Shown here: positions 18,061 to 26,126 of the stretch, piece after piece | How the letters are laid out: the number at the start of each line of letters is the position of its first letter | How positions within the stretch are numbered: position 1 is the first letter of the stretch | Assembly: GCA_964507815.1 (NCBI GenBank) | Contig: CAZDRT010000001.1 | Span: 1 to 41,602 of the forward strand | Source: an uncultured Puniceicoccaceae bacterium | GTDB lineage: Bacteria; Verrucomicrobiota; Verrucomicrobiia; Opitutales; Puniceicoccaceae | Direction of reading: 5' to 3' | Length of the DNA stretch: 41,602 nt | Notes under the pieces: generated by a model | Seen by the model: only the letters and a program-made list of their open reading frames with translations | What the model was told of the DNA's origin: nothing | Database searches by the model: none | Translations under genes and position numbers: made by a program

Positions 18061-18660
18061 TCAATCCCAGCCATCACCATAACGGTCGATGGGATAGTCT
18101 TGCCAAAATTGCTTAGCGGCTTCCAGTCCCACTGCCTGCAAGTAGGCTTTTGCACTGGACCAAGGCCAATCCTGCCACCGTCGAACGTAGCCATGTCTGA
18201 CTGGGTTGTGATGGATATAGTTCATCGAGGCAAAAAAATGTCTTTCCGATTTCTGCCGGGTCTCCGCTGATCCGTGAAAGACTTTTCTTCCACTCGTTCT
18301 CTCCTCTTGATTCCAAGTGCGCGACGAGCGACCGTGTAGTTTCCCCAAAACACTCCGGAGTGCCCTTATATCCTCGCAGCTCACTAATGCGTGGTAATGG
18401 TTGGGAAGGATCACATGAGCAAAAATATCGGCACAGTGTGGTTCCAGTGTCTGCAGAAGGGACTCCTCAAAACCACTTAAGCGATCCGTGGAGTGTGCGA
18501 TGTGGTCGGCATGTTCAAAGCAGGAGGCTGTGATCAGAAACCGGTCTACTTGACCATGACTTGTCCATACTGGGGGTCTTCGCCAAGAGCCTCCGCGCTG
18601 CACTCGTTGCCGGAAGACCTCTTCCCGCTGGGATTCTGTCATCTTGCGCCACGCATACAT
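18061..18660 (-). CDS. REP-associated tyrosine transposase (RAYT/TnpA-REP, Y1 HUH superfamily)
   Basis: HUH motif VILPNHYH, catalytic NYIHHNPVRHG and WPWSS; 199 aa from ATG 18660; REPs on both sides. Confidence 0.92.
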   Translation of the reverse strand: MYAWRKMTESQREEVFRQRVQRGGSWRRPPVWTSHGQVDRFLITASCFEHADHIAHSTDRLSGFEESLLQTLEPHCADIFAHVILPNHYHALVSCEDIRALRSVLGKLHGRSSRTWNQEERTSGRKVFHGSAETRQKSERHFFASMNYIHHNPVRHGYVRRWQDWPWSSAKAYLQAVGLEAAKQFWQDYPIDRYGDGWD

Positions 18661-18725
18661 TGGGTTGATGTTCGGACTCAGGACAGGAAGGGTCAAGGCT
18701 TGAGGCGGAGTCTCATAGGTGAAGG

Positions 18726-18842
18726 GACCGCCTGAAGGCGGAACTCCAACAGGGATCCCTGCGCGTGAAGGGGTTGGAGTCCCGCGTTTACGCGGTCCCT
18801 TGCGGCGAAATCGGGGGGACCGGCTAAAGCTGGGACTCCAAC
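18726..18842. repeat. Three alternating family-B REPs upstream of the RAYT
   Basis: Copies at 18726-18750 (-), 18773-18797 (+) and 18818-18842 (-); each is a GTTGGAG head plus a short GC palindrome. Confidence 0.9.
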
Positions 18843-18880
18843 GGGGAAGACGAACCAATTCCGAATTCCTCCGTTCACTC

Positions 18881-18969
18881 CTAAGAGCCGAACCAATCTT
18901 CGACCGGCAGTCCGGGAATTCCGTCGAAATGGCGCACGTTTCCAGTCGCCAAAATCAACCCGTGTTCAT
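18881..18969 (-). pseudogene. vapC: C-terminal remnant of a VapC/PIN-domain toxin
   Basis: The minus strand from 18967 reads EHGLILATGNVRHFDGIPGLPVEDWFGS*, a typical PIN C-terminus, right after an ATGA overlap with the antitoxin stop. Confidence 0.8.
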
Positions 18970-19222
18970 GTCAGCGGATACGGACGGTTGCAGACAGGAT
19001 CCCGATCCGGAAGTTTCAGGTCGTCATCCAGCGGCCCATACCGGGCCTGACACTCTTCTACGGTGTCCCAAACCGTTTCCTGCGAATCCTTCGAATCATA
19101 GGGAACGATTCGCACCAGAGGCTTGCCGTGCCGGGTCACTACCAGCGGCCCTTGCCCGCGGGCAACTTTTCCCCCAACTCGGAGAGGCGGTTCTTCGTCT
19201 CAAATACTCCCATGGACTTCAT
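18966..19222 (-). pseudogene. Phd/YefM-family antitoxin with a 1-nt frameshift
   Basis: MKSMGVFETKNRLSELGEK, then after a -1 shift at GGGGGAAAAGTT (~19165-19176), VARGQGPLVVTRHGKPLVRIVP...PYPLT*. Confidence 0.82.
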
Positions 19223-19284
19223 TTTTGGAATTTTAGCTGTCTAGCTGGACTTTGCAAGGAGAAAAGTCCGCCGGGGAAGACGAA

Positions 19285-19434
19285 GGGTGCAATTTCGATC
19301 AATGCTCGAAACGAGACGTAGGGCCGCCGCTCGCGGCGTGCCGCGTAGGGGTCCGGCACTATGCGTTCGGCGGCATCGCGCGCGCGAGCCCTACGACCTG
19401 CAACTAAATTCTGACATCAATCGAAATTGCACCC
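19285..19434. mobile_element. 150-bp MITE-like element with 20-bp terminal inverted repeats enclosing a GTAG REP doublet
   Basis: GGGTGCAATTTCGATCAATG versus the right-end reverse complement GGGTGCAATTTCGATTGATG (18/20); interior GTAGGGCCGCCGCTCGCGGCGTGCCG ... CGAGCCCTAC (19318-19394). Confidence 0.75.
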
Positions 19435-19656
19435 GACTTGGGCCGAAAACACCGAAATCGCTATCGCGCTTCCGCTCCGGGGAATTTGGATGTCTCGGAC
19501 TTGGTTTCTAAAAGTAGAAGGGCGGCCTTGGCCCCCGCTGCGGTGCCTCAGCCTTCCCGCCGCTCGGAATCGGACGGCAAGCCGACCGACCACGGGGAAC
19601 GACCGAAGGCATTTTCCTCTTTCCTCTGAACACCATTCCCGCTAGGCACTCCGCCG

Positions 19657-20350
19657 ATGAAGAAGCCGATTTTTCTAATATTGATGTTTCTACCGCTAGT
19701 CCTGAAGGCGGCTGATTCATCCACGGAATCGTCCGATACGGATGGCACAGGCAGCCAATCATCGCAAGAAAACCAGGGGTCCGATTCCGACTCAACGTGG
19801 ATCGACGGCACGCATGACTGGCTGTATAACGAAGCCCACGGCAAGGTCGTCTGGTTCGACAATCAGTTTGTTCCCGCAGGAAAGGAACCCTTGAAAGTCC
19901 CCCCTTCGCGATTCCGTCTTGGGCTTTACGGGGAGTTTGATTTCGGGGCTGCTGATAGTTTCAAGCTCAAGCCCATCGTTGACCTGGGCACGGATGTCAA
20001 ACTCCCGAATCTTGAGCGGCGCCTGCGCGTTTTCGTATCCACTCGGGATCAATCCGCTCTTCCCGGGGAATCCACGACTGAATCCAATGACGGTCTTCGC
20101 ATTGGTGCCTCCCGCAATTTTTTCAAGAACTGGGACACCTCCGCCGGGGTCAAGGCGGATTGGCCACCGGAGGCTTTCGTAAACGCCCAATGGGCTCCCA
20201 CTTATCAAACGGGAGAACACTGGACGCTCTATCCGAACGCCAAGGTATTCTGGGATAGCAAGGAAAAGATCGGATTTCTGGCCGCGATGACCGCCGACTA
20301 CTGGCTCAATCGATGGATCTTCCGGCAGACCCTTTCCTACGAGCTGACGC
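19657..20350 (+). pseudogene. Exported/outer-membrane beta-rich protein, probably C-terminally truncated
   Basis: Signal peptide, Ser/Asp linker, WID.TH, WFD.QF and amphipathic strands (KLPNLERRLRVFV). After ~20350 the ORF runs antisense to another fragment and stops looking protein-like. Confidence 0.55.
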
Positions 20351-20765
20351 TTATGCGCAAGGGTCCTCTCTACAAAGATTTGGCGGGTGGCCGACTCCTA
20401 CAGCTCCGAACTGTTCTACGAGGATCTGCACTTCGATGCGGGAATGGATTTCCGCTTTTTCATCCGCAACAGCGTCGTCCGGGAGCATGTCCGCCTGCTC
20501 GAAGTTTTCGACATCGATATGGGCGGGCAGACTCCACATGGCTCCCGTGGCATAATCGACGGCGAAACCGATCAGACCGAGGACGTTCGCCCAGTAGATC
20601 GGGGAAATCCCCGCCTTCAGCTCGAAGGATTCGTCGGCCGTGCTGATCGTATAGGTCTCCCGGTGAAAATCGTGGCCCTGCGATTTCAGGCGCACAATGT
20701 CAGGGGTTGTGCCCGCGTAAATGAATTCTCCACGGCTGTCCCGGATCTCGTAGGGAACGCTTTCC
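20351..20765 (-). pseudogene. C-terminal fragment of a lipoprotein/PEGA-like protein lacking its N-terminus
   Basis: The open frame reads ESVPYEIRDSRGEFIYAGTTPDIVRLK...YWANVLGLIGFAVDYATGAMWSL. There is no start codon or signal sequence before the MFS gene. Confidence 0.5.
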
Positions 20766-20780
20766 AGGAGGCACCGGATT

Positions 20781-22268
20781 TCAGGTCGGTTGCTCGTTGG
20801 TGGCTTTTTGTTCCTCGTCCAGCGTTTCGAGATTCAATCCCTTGGTCTCGATGCCGAACCAGGCGGTGATTGCCGCGCCCACGAGGGAGGTGCCGACCAG
20901 GATGTAGAGAAGATTGGCCGTTCCGATATCGGTGAGGAGAATCGGGAAGAGGAAGGCCGTCGTGACGGCGCCGATCTTGGCGAAGGAGGCAGCGAAGCCG
21001 GCGCCCTTGCCCCGGACACGGGTCGGGAACACTTCCCCGGCGAGGAGGTAGGTCATCGAGTTGGGACCCAGATTGGTCATGAAGTTAAAGAGCATGAATC
21101 CGGCGAAGATCAGGAACATGTTGGTCGAGCCGTCCGGGCGGAGGGAGAGGGCGGCCAGAAGCAACCCGATCGCGCACCCGATAAAGCCGAGGACCTGCAT
21201 GCGGATGCGCCCGACTTTATCGACCAGAAGAATGGCACCGACGAATCCGACGACCAGGAGGATGTCCATGATCGCGGCACCCTTGGCGGCGAGCATGTCG
21301 TCGTGGAGGACGGAGGCGAGATTGTGTCCGCCTCCCTTCTGGCCGATCATTGTGGCGAGAATCGTCGGAGTGAAGATGCCGATCCCGTACGTTCCAAGGT
21401 CCTGCAAAAACCAGGGGACGGAGGCGAGAATGGTCGAGCGCCGGTTTTTCCCTTTGAAGAGCGCGCCGTAGGAACCCTCGGCCTTGGCTTCAACCGTATC
21501 CTCGGGGGCTTCGGTCAGCTTGATTTCGGTCGGGTATTTGGGGTGGCGGTTCAGCAGGGAACGGAGCGAGTGGGCCGCCTCTTCGGTTCTCCGGCGGGTC
21601 CGCAACCAGTGGGGACTCTCGGGGATGAAAAAGCGGAGGAAGACGATGACCACGCCAATCGGAATCACGCTTCCGTACATCCACCGCCAGGAGTTGGCGT
21701 CGCCGTGGAACTTCAGAATGGCGTAGCCCAGGACGGTTCCGAACAACGCTCCGACGGCCTGGAAGGCGAAGGCGCTCAGAACCAGCCGCCCGCGCACCCG
21801 GCTCGGAATGCTCTCGGAAATCACCATGTGGGCGGTCGGGTAGTCGCAGCCGAGGGCCGCGCCGACCCCGAAAAGGAGGATAAGGAACGGCCAGAAGGAG
21901 GGGCTTAGGGCGACTCCGATCAGGAACAGGGTGAATAGCACCATTTCGACGATGAACATCCGTTTGCGTCCGAAAACGTCCGCCATGCCTCCCAATAGAC
22001 TCGCCCCGACGAGAATCCCGAAGAGAGGAGCCGCTCCGACCATTCCCTTTTGGACATCGGTCAACCCGAAGTCCAAGGTTAGGAGCGGGATGGCCACCCC
22101 GGTCATGAAGACCACCATTCCCTCGAAAAACTTTCCGGCGGACGCCAGCATCCAGATGCGTTTCTGCATGCCGGTGATGCTCGCGTCGGCGACGGCGGTT
22201 CCGTCCTTCCAGAACGGAGTTTCATCGATGTAGGACTGGACGGATCGCGGTTCGTTGGTTGAGTTCAT
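20781..22268 (-). CDS. MFS transporter (sugar porter / metabolite:H+ symporter type)
   Basis: Motif A GGMADVFGRK, ISE..P.RVRG, PESP.WL, DKVGR and EVFPT.VRG; about 12 TM segments. Confidence 0.93.
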   Translation of the reverse strand: MNSTNEPRSVQSYIDETPFWKDGTAVADASITGMQKRIWMLASAGKFFEGMVVFMTGVAIPLLTLDFGLTDVQKGMVGAAPLFGILVGASLLGGMADVFGRKRMFIVEMVLFTLFLIGVALSPSFWPFLILLFGVGAALGCDYPTAHMVISESIPSRVRGRLVLSAFAFQAVGALFGTVLGYAILKFHGDANSWRWMYGSVIPIGVVIVFLRFFIPESPHWLRTRRRTEEAAHSLRSLLNRHPKYPTEIKLTEAPEDTVEAKAEGSYGALFKGKNRRSTILASVPWFLQDLGTYGIGIFTPTILATMIGQKGGGHNLASVLHDDMLAAKGAAIMDILLVVGFVGAILLVDKVGRIRMQVLGFIGCAIGLLLAALSLRPDGSTNMFLIFAGFMLFNFMTNLGPNSMTYLLAGEVFPTRVRGKGAGFAASFAKIGAVTTAFLFPILLTDIGTANLLYILVGTSLVGAAITAWFGIETKGLNLETLDEEQKATNEQPT

Positions 22269-22485
22269 GGTAGTAGGAGTGCTGATGGTGAGTATTTGTA
22301 GTGAGATGAGACCGTTTGGAAATCACCCGAAAATGGATTCCGCAAGGACGATCTGACTATGTGACGAAATTGTGACACAACGGAGGCTCCGTAGAGTTGG
22401 GGCAAGAACCGGAAGGCCCCCGGTCCCCGATCATCGGCGAACACCAAATCCCTACGCTTCAAGGAGAACTCTTGGCGCCGGCTCT

Positions 22486-22547
22486 TCTCTCTTCCGTGAC
22501 TGCCTCCTGGAATCACGGAAGGCCTCCAAAGTAGCCGGGTTGCTTCA
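22486..22547 (+). repeat. Direct repeat unit 1 (hairpin plus GTAG REP head), downstream of the NTPase
   Basis: TCTCTCTTCCGTGAC...TCACGGAAGG...GTAGCCGGGTTGCTTCA matches 24365-24427. Confidence 0.8.
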
Positions 22548-22639
22548 GCGCCCGGTTTTCGCATTGGAAGGAAATGTTCCGGATCGCCTCAGAGGTGCCG
22601 ATTCGCTTTGGACCGGGGTTGTCTAAGACCGACAGGCTG

Positions 22640-24136
22640 CTAGGAGCTGCGGTACAGGTTAACCACCCGTTGACTCTGCTCTTGCCGGACAAAATCCAAA
22701 GTCAATTTCGGAATCGTGAAACTGCCCGCATCGCCACTGGTATTCTGGCAGTGGCGCTGGATGACCGCGTAGAGAAATTTGAAGGCATCTCTGGGCTGGT
22801 GCATCTGGTCGAGGGCATCCACGATGTCCCGTCCATCCACATTTTCATCAAACAGGTCCTCGAGTTGACCGATCGGTTCCGAAGTTTCCGTCTGGCAATT
22901 CTGGAAGCGTGTTGTACACAGATCGTACAGGCTGGCTCCGGTCCAGCGAAGCGGGTTGACCAGATTTTGCTTATCCAGCCGCGCCTGCTGTCTGAATTCG
23001 GTATCGGCCTTATCGAGCAGATGTCCGAGTTCGAGCGGCAGCAGCATCTTCGCGCCGAACCCCTCCTGTTGCAGGAATTTATTGTTCAGCAGGGGCCAGA
23101 CCAGCTTCCGCATGCGTTTGCCATCACTATTGATCAAGGCGGGCTCATCCACCCGGTCGATGAAAACGGTCATCGATTCATAACCGATCCGACGGATAAT
23201 CTGCAAAAACCTTTTCGTACACTCGTAGCGTTTGTCCTGGTCGTTTTTTCCGGGGAGCAATCGCTTCAGACTATCGCGGTTCGGTAGATTCCACAGAGCC
23301 CTGGTAAATGCGGCTTTCCCGCGGGGCACCGCCCGCAGCTCGCGACAAGCCCGACGCGCCTGAAGCCCCTTTGCAAATGAGCGAGCCAACCAGGACAGGC
23401 CGAAACCGATGAATCCGGCGCCGCCCAAAGCCGCCAATAGCTTCCATTCCAAGGACTCGGCATCCAAAAAATACCAATAGGCGCCGGCGGCAAGTCCAAC
23501 AGCGGCAAAACCGGCGGTCAATGCGACGTGGCCTTTGCGGCTGATCAAACGCCCAACCCGCAAAAAGCGCTTTACGCGTTCCCAGCGTATCTCACGCTCC
23601 CCGTGGCGCGGGTCATCATAAAGCAAGGCCAAAACCGCCAGGTCCATCCGCAAGTCAGCCGTCATCCCGCGAACGCTCTTCCGCAGTGTGTGGAGCCCGG
23701 CCTCCTTTGAACCGGACAGCAGGCTATCGACAAGCTCGGTAACCGCCAGCGAAAGAATCGCATCCTGGTGATCCGTAAGCCTGATTTCATCCAGGCAAGC
23801 CGCCGGCTTTCCCGGGCTGATCGAATGCGAGAGCTGATCCAGAAAAGGGTTGAGATCGTCGTAGCGAACCGCCCATACCCGTCGATCATGGTGGGTGCGG
23901 TTATATTCCTTCAGGCGCTGCTCCATCATCAGCCGCATGGCCGTTTTGCCACTGCCTTTCTCGCCGAAGACGATCGAGGTGCTCGGAACCGGCGGTTGTC
24001 CGAAAATCTTTTGAAAGTCGGGATGCGTGACCGTGTTTTCCATGGTCCGTGCATAGACCGTATCGCTCAGGGCCTCCTCCGCCTGAAAAGGATTCTCGGA
24101 AAGGTGCCAGTGCTCGAAAAATTTTTGTATGTTCAT
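22640..24136 (-). CDS. P-loop NTPase with two TM helices between Walker A and B (KAP-like architecture)
   Basis: N-terminal LSENPF, Walker A GEKGSGKT, hydrophobic hairpin HVALTAGFAAVGLAAGAYWYFL / WKLLAALGGAGFIGFGLSWL, and Walker B-like TVFIDRVD. Confidence 0.8.
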   Translation of the reverse strand: MNIQKFFEHWHLSENPFQAEEALSDTVYARTMENTVTHPDFQKIFGQPPVPSTSIVFGEKGSGKTAMRLMMEQRLKEYNRTHHDRRVWAVRYDDLNPFLDQLSHSISPGKPAACLDEIRLTDHQDAILSLAVTELVDSLLSGSKEAGLHTLRKSVRGMTADLRMDLAVLALLYDDPRHGEREIRWERVKRFLRVGRLISRKGHVALTAGFAAVGLAAGAYWYFLDAESLEWKLLAALGGAGFIGFGLSWLARSFAKGLQARRACRELRAVPRGKAAFTRALWNLPNRDSLKRLLPGKNDQDKRYECTKRFLQIIRRIGYESMTVFIDRVDEPALINSDGKRMRKLVWPLLNNKFLQQEGFGAKMLLPLELGHLLDKADTEFRQQARLDKQNLVNPLRWTGASLYDLCTTRFQNCQTETSEPIGQLEDLFDENVDGRDIVDALDQMHQPRDAFKFLYAVIQRHCQNTSGDAGSFTIPKLTLDFVRQEQSQRVVNLYRSS

Positions 24137-24364
24137 GGCATTGCTGTGTGACGAATTTCGGATTCAGAAAGAGGAACGGTCAGACGTTTCCGAAGATTGT
24201 ATCCGATGCTTCCAAAGCCGCGTCAAGAAAATCCGGATTCTTTCTCGTGAAGGTATTTTAATGCGCTTTTGTAAAAGTGGTCGGGTGGCCTGGGCCCCCG
24301 GTCCGTTGGAATCTTGAACAAGGCGGAAAGGATCGGACGGCAATCGTCTCCGCCCCTCCGAGGC

Positions 24365-24427
24365 TCTCTCTTCTGTGACTATCCGCTGGAATGACGGAAG
24401 GTCTTCCTCCGTAGCCGGGTTGCTTCA
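24365..24427 (+). repeat. Direct repeat unit 2, abutting the right terminal motif
   Basis: TCTCTCTTCTGTGAC...TGACGGAAGG...GTAGCCGGGTTGCTTCA; the last 17 nt are identical to unit 1. Confidence 0.8.
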
Positions 24428-24516
24428 AACTCCCCGCACTTGTAGTTGCACCCGCCTGGCCGGATGTCCGGCGCGTTTGATTTGATTTCGGCGAAGGCAG
24501 CCGTTAGGCCATCCGG

Positions 24517-24921
24517 GTGGAAATCACCTTGACGACACCCTCCATTCTCTTCCCGGCGGTCAGCCTCCTTATGCTGGCCTACACGAATCGCTTTCTCGCG
24601 ATCGCCGCCATCACGCGCAACTTGCACGAGCGCTACCGCGCCGAGGGCAGCCCCTCCGTCAAGCGCCAGATCGACAACCTGCGGCGGCGGCTGGTCCTTA
24701 TCCGCCGGATGCAGGCCACGGGAATCATGAGCCTGATCGCCTGTATCCTGGCGGTGGTGTTTCTCTTTCTGAAAATCCGCTTGCTCGGAGAGGCTCTCTT
24801 CGGTCTCGCCCTGGTCTTCATGCTTGCCTCGCTTCTCCTCTGCTTCCGCGAAATCAATCTCTCCGGGCGGGCTCTTGAAATACAACTCGAAGACCTCGAA
24901 AATCATGAGAATGCGGAATAA
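24517..24921 (+). CDS. DUF2721-like small membrane protein
   Basis: EITLTTPSILFPAVSLLMLAYTNRF, QI..LRRR..LI and SL....EI.LS..AL; GTG start. Confidence 0.8.
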   Translation: MEITLTTPSILFPAVSLLMLAYTNRFLAIAAITRNLHERYRAEGSPSVKRQIDNLRRRLVLIRRMQATGIMSLIACILAVVFLFLKIRLLGEALFGLALVFMLASLLLCFREINLSGRALEIQLEDLENHENAE

Positions 24922-24926
24922 TTGAC

Positions 24927-25009
24927 GGGGGTAAGCGTGGTGCGGGGAGTGAGAGGGGGATGAAAGGGCGGTGGACAGGAGTGTCCACTCTCCGGCAATG
25001 TGGCATCCG
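24927..25009. repeat. Degenerate mini-element: terminal-motif-like ends around a family-F REP
   Basis: GGGGGTAAGCGTGGTGCGGGGAG resembles the terminal motif. GGTGGACAGGAGTGTCCACTCTCC (24970-24993) matches 40897-40920. The right end is very degenerate. Confidence 0.45.
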
Positions 25010-25126
25010 CGCTTCGCGGATGAATCGCAAATTGAACCCGATTCCTCGGGTCCTTGGGTATGGTCTATAGATCCCAGGCTGCTCGCGTGGTTGCGTCGGC
25101 CCGTTTTCCGGTTCTACTGTGTGACC

Positions 25127-26098
25127 ATGGAAAACACGATTGCGGACAAATCCCGGGTCAGCTGGGCGCGCGGGCGCCTGGACGCTCTCGCGGCCAACAT
25201 CGGCTCCGTGATCCGGGGCAAGGATCCCGTGATCGACCAGGTCCTCGTCTGCGTGGTGGCCGGAGGCCATCTTCTCGTCGAGGACCGTCCGGGCGTCGGG
25301 AAGACCACGCTCGCTTACTGTCTGGCCCGTTCGCTTTCCGGGGAGTTTTCCCGGATCCAGTTTACCAGCGACCTGCTGCCCTCCGATGTTCTCGGCGTCT
25401 CCGTTTTCGACGAGCGCTCGCGCGAGTTCGTTTTCCGGAAGGGCCCGATTTTCGCGAACATCGTCCTCGCCGACGAGATCAACCGGACAACGCCGAAAAC
25501 GCAGTCCAGTCTCCTCGAGGTCATGGACCGGTCCAAGGTGTCGATCGACGGCGGCACCTACGGGGTCGGCCGGCCGTTTATGGTCTTCGCGACCCAGAAC
25601 CCCATCGATTTCGAAGGCACGTTTCCTCTCCCCGAGAGTCAGATGGACCGCTTCCTCATGCGGATCTCCATCGGCTACCCCGATCAGGAGGCCGAAATGG
25701 AAATCCTGCGGGACCCGAATCTCGCCTACGACGACCTCCGGATCGAGCCGGTCCTGACCACTCCGGAGTTGATCGAGATCCAGGAGCTGGCGTTGTCCGT
25801 GTTTCTCGAGGAATCGATCGAGCAGTATCTTCTGCGGATCGTCCAGGCCACCCGGACCGAGACGGAGTTCCGCTCGGGGATCAGCACGCGCGGCCTACTC
25901 GCCCTGAAGCGCGCGATCCAGGCCCGGGCGGTCTGCCAGGGCCGCGACTTCGCCATCCCCGACGATGTCTTCGCCACGGCCCTGCCGACGCTCGTCCACC
26001 GCCTGGTCCCGCGGAGAGCGACCGCCGATGCGATCGAGGAGCGGAAGACCGTCCAGGGCATTCTGCGGAACATTATCGAGGAAATCCCGGCCCCCTGA
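25127..26098 (+). CDS. moxR: MoxR-family AAA+ ATPase
   Basis: GGHLLVED.PGVGKT, RIQFTSDLLPSD, LADEINR..PKTQS.LLE.M and ATQNP..EGTFPLPESQMDRF. Confidence 0.95.
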   Translation: MENTIADKSRVSWARGRLDALAANIGSVIRGKDPVIDQVLVCVVAGGHLLVEDRPGVGKTTLAYCLARSLSGEFSRIQFTSDLLPSDVLGVSVFDERSREFVFRKGPIFANIVLADEINRTTPKTQSSLLEVMDRSKVSIDGGTYGVGRPFMVFATQNPIDFEGTFPLPESQMDRFLMRISIGYPDQEAEMEILRDPNLAYDDLRIEPVLTTPELIEIQELALSVFLEESIEQYLLRIVQATRTETEFRSGISTRGLLALKRAIQARAVCQGRDFAIPDDVFATALPTLVHRLVPRRATADAIEERKTVQGILRNIIEEIPAP

Positions 26099-26126
26099 CC
26101 CCGGGCGCCCGACGAAGACCGATCCC

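Larger units (their letters stand above)
15405..24453. mobile_element. ~9 kb accessory segment bracketed by inverted copies of the MITE terminal motif
   Basis: Left end GGGTCAAACCACAAGTGCGTGGA (15405-15427); right end reverse complement GGGTGCAACTACAAGTGCGGGGA (24431-24453); 19/23 identical. The interior is visibly more AT-rich and holds a RAYT, a TA remnant and gene fragments. No target-site duplication seen. Confidence 0.55.

Noticed and set aside
18061-18660. IS200/IS605 element with TnpB or an RNA-guided system
   Set aside because: There is no tnpB/iscB, and the NPVRHG and WPWSS motifs with multiple flanking REPs fit a RAYT.
18661-18858. N-terminal ORF extensions of the RAYT, and likewise of the regulator (20-283) and msrA (40146-40391)
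   Set aside because: The extensions run through REP or MITE DNA; downstream ATGs match the expected protein starts.
15405-24453. Prophage, integron or ICE
   Set aside because: No integrase, structural or conjugation genes, no tRNA target, and no convincing attC sites.
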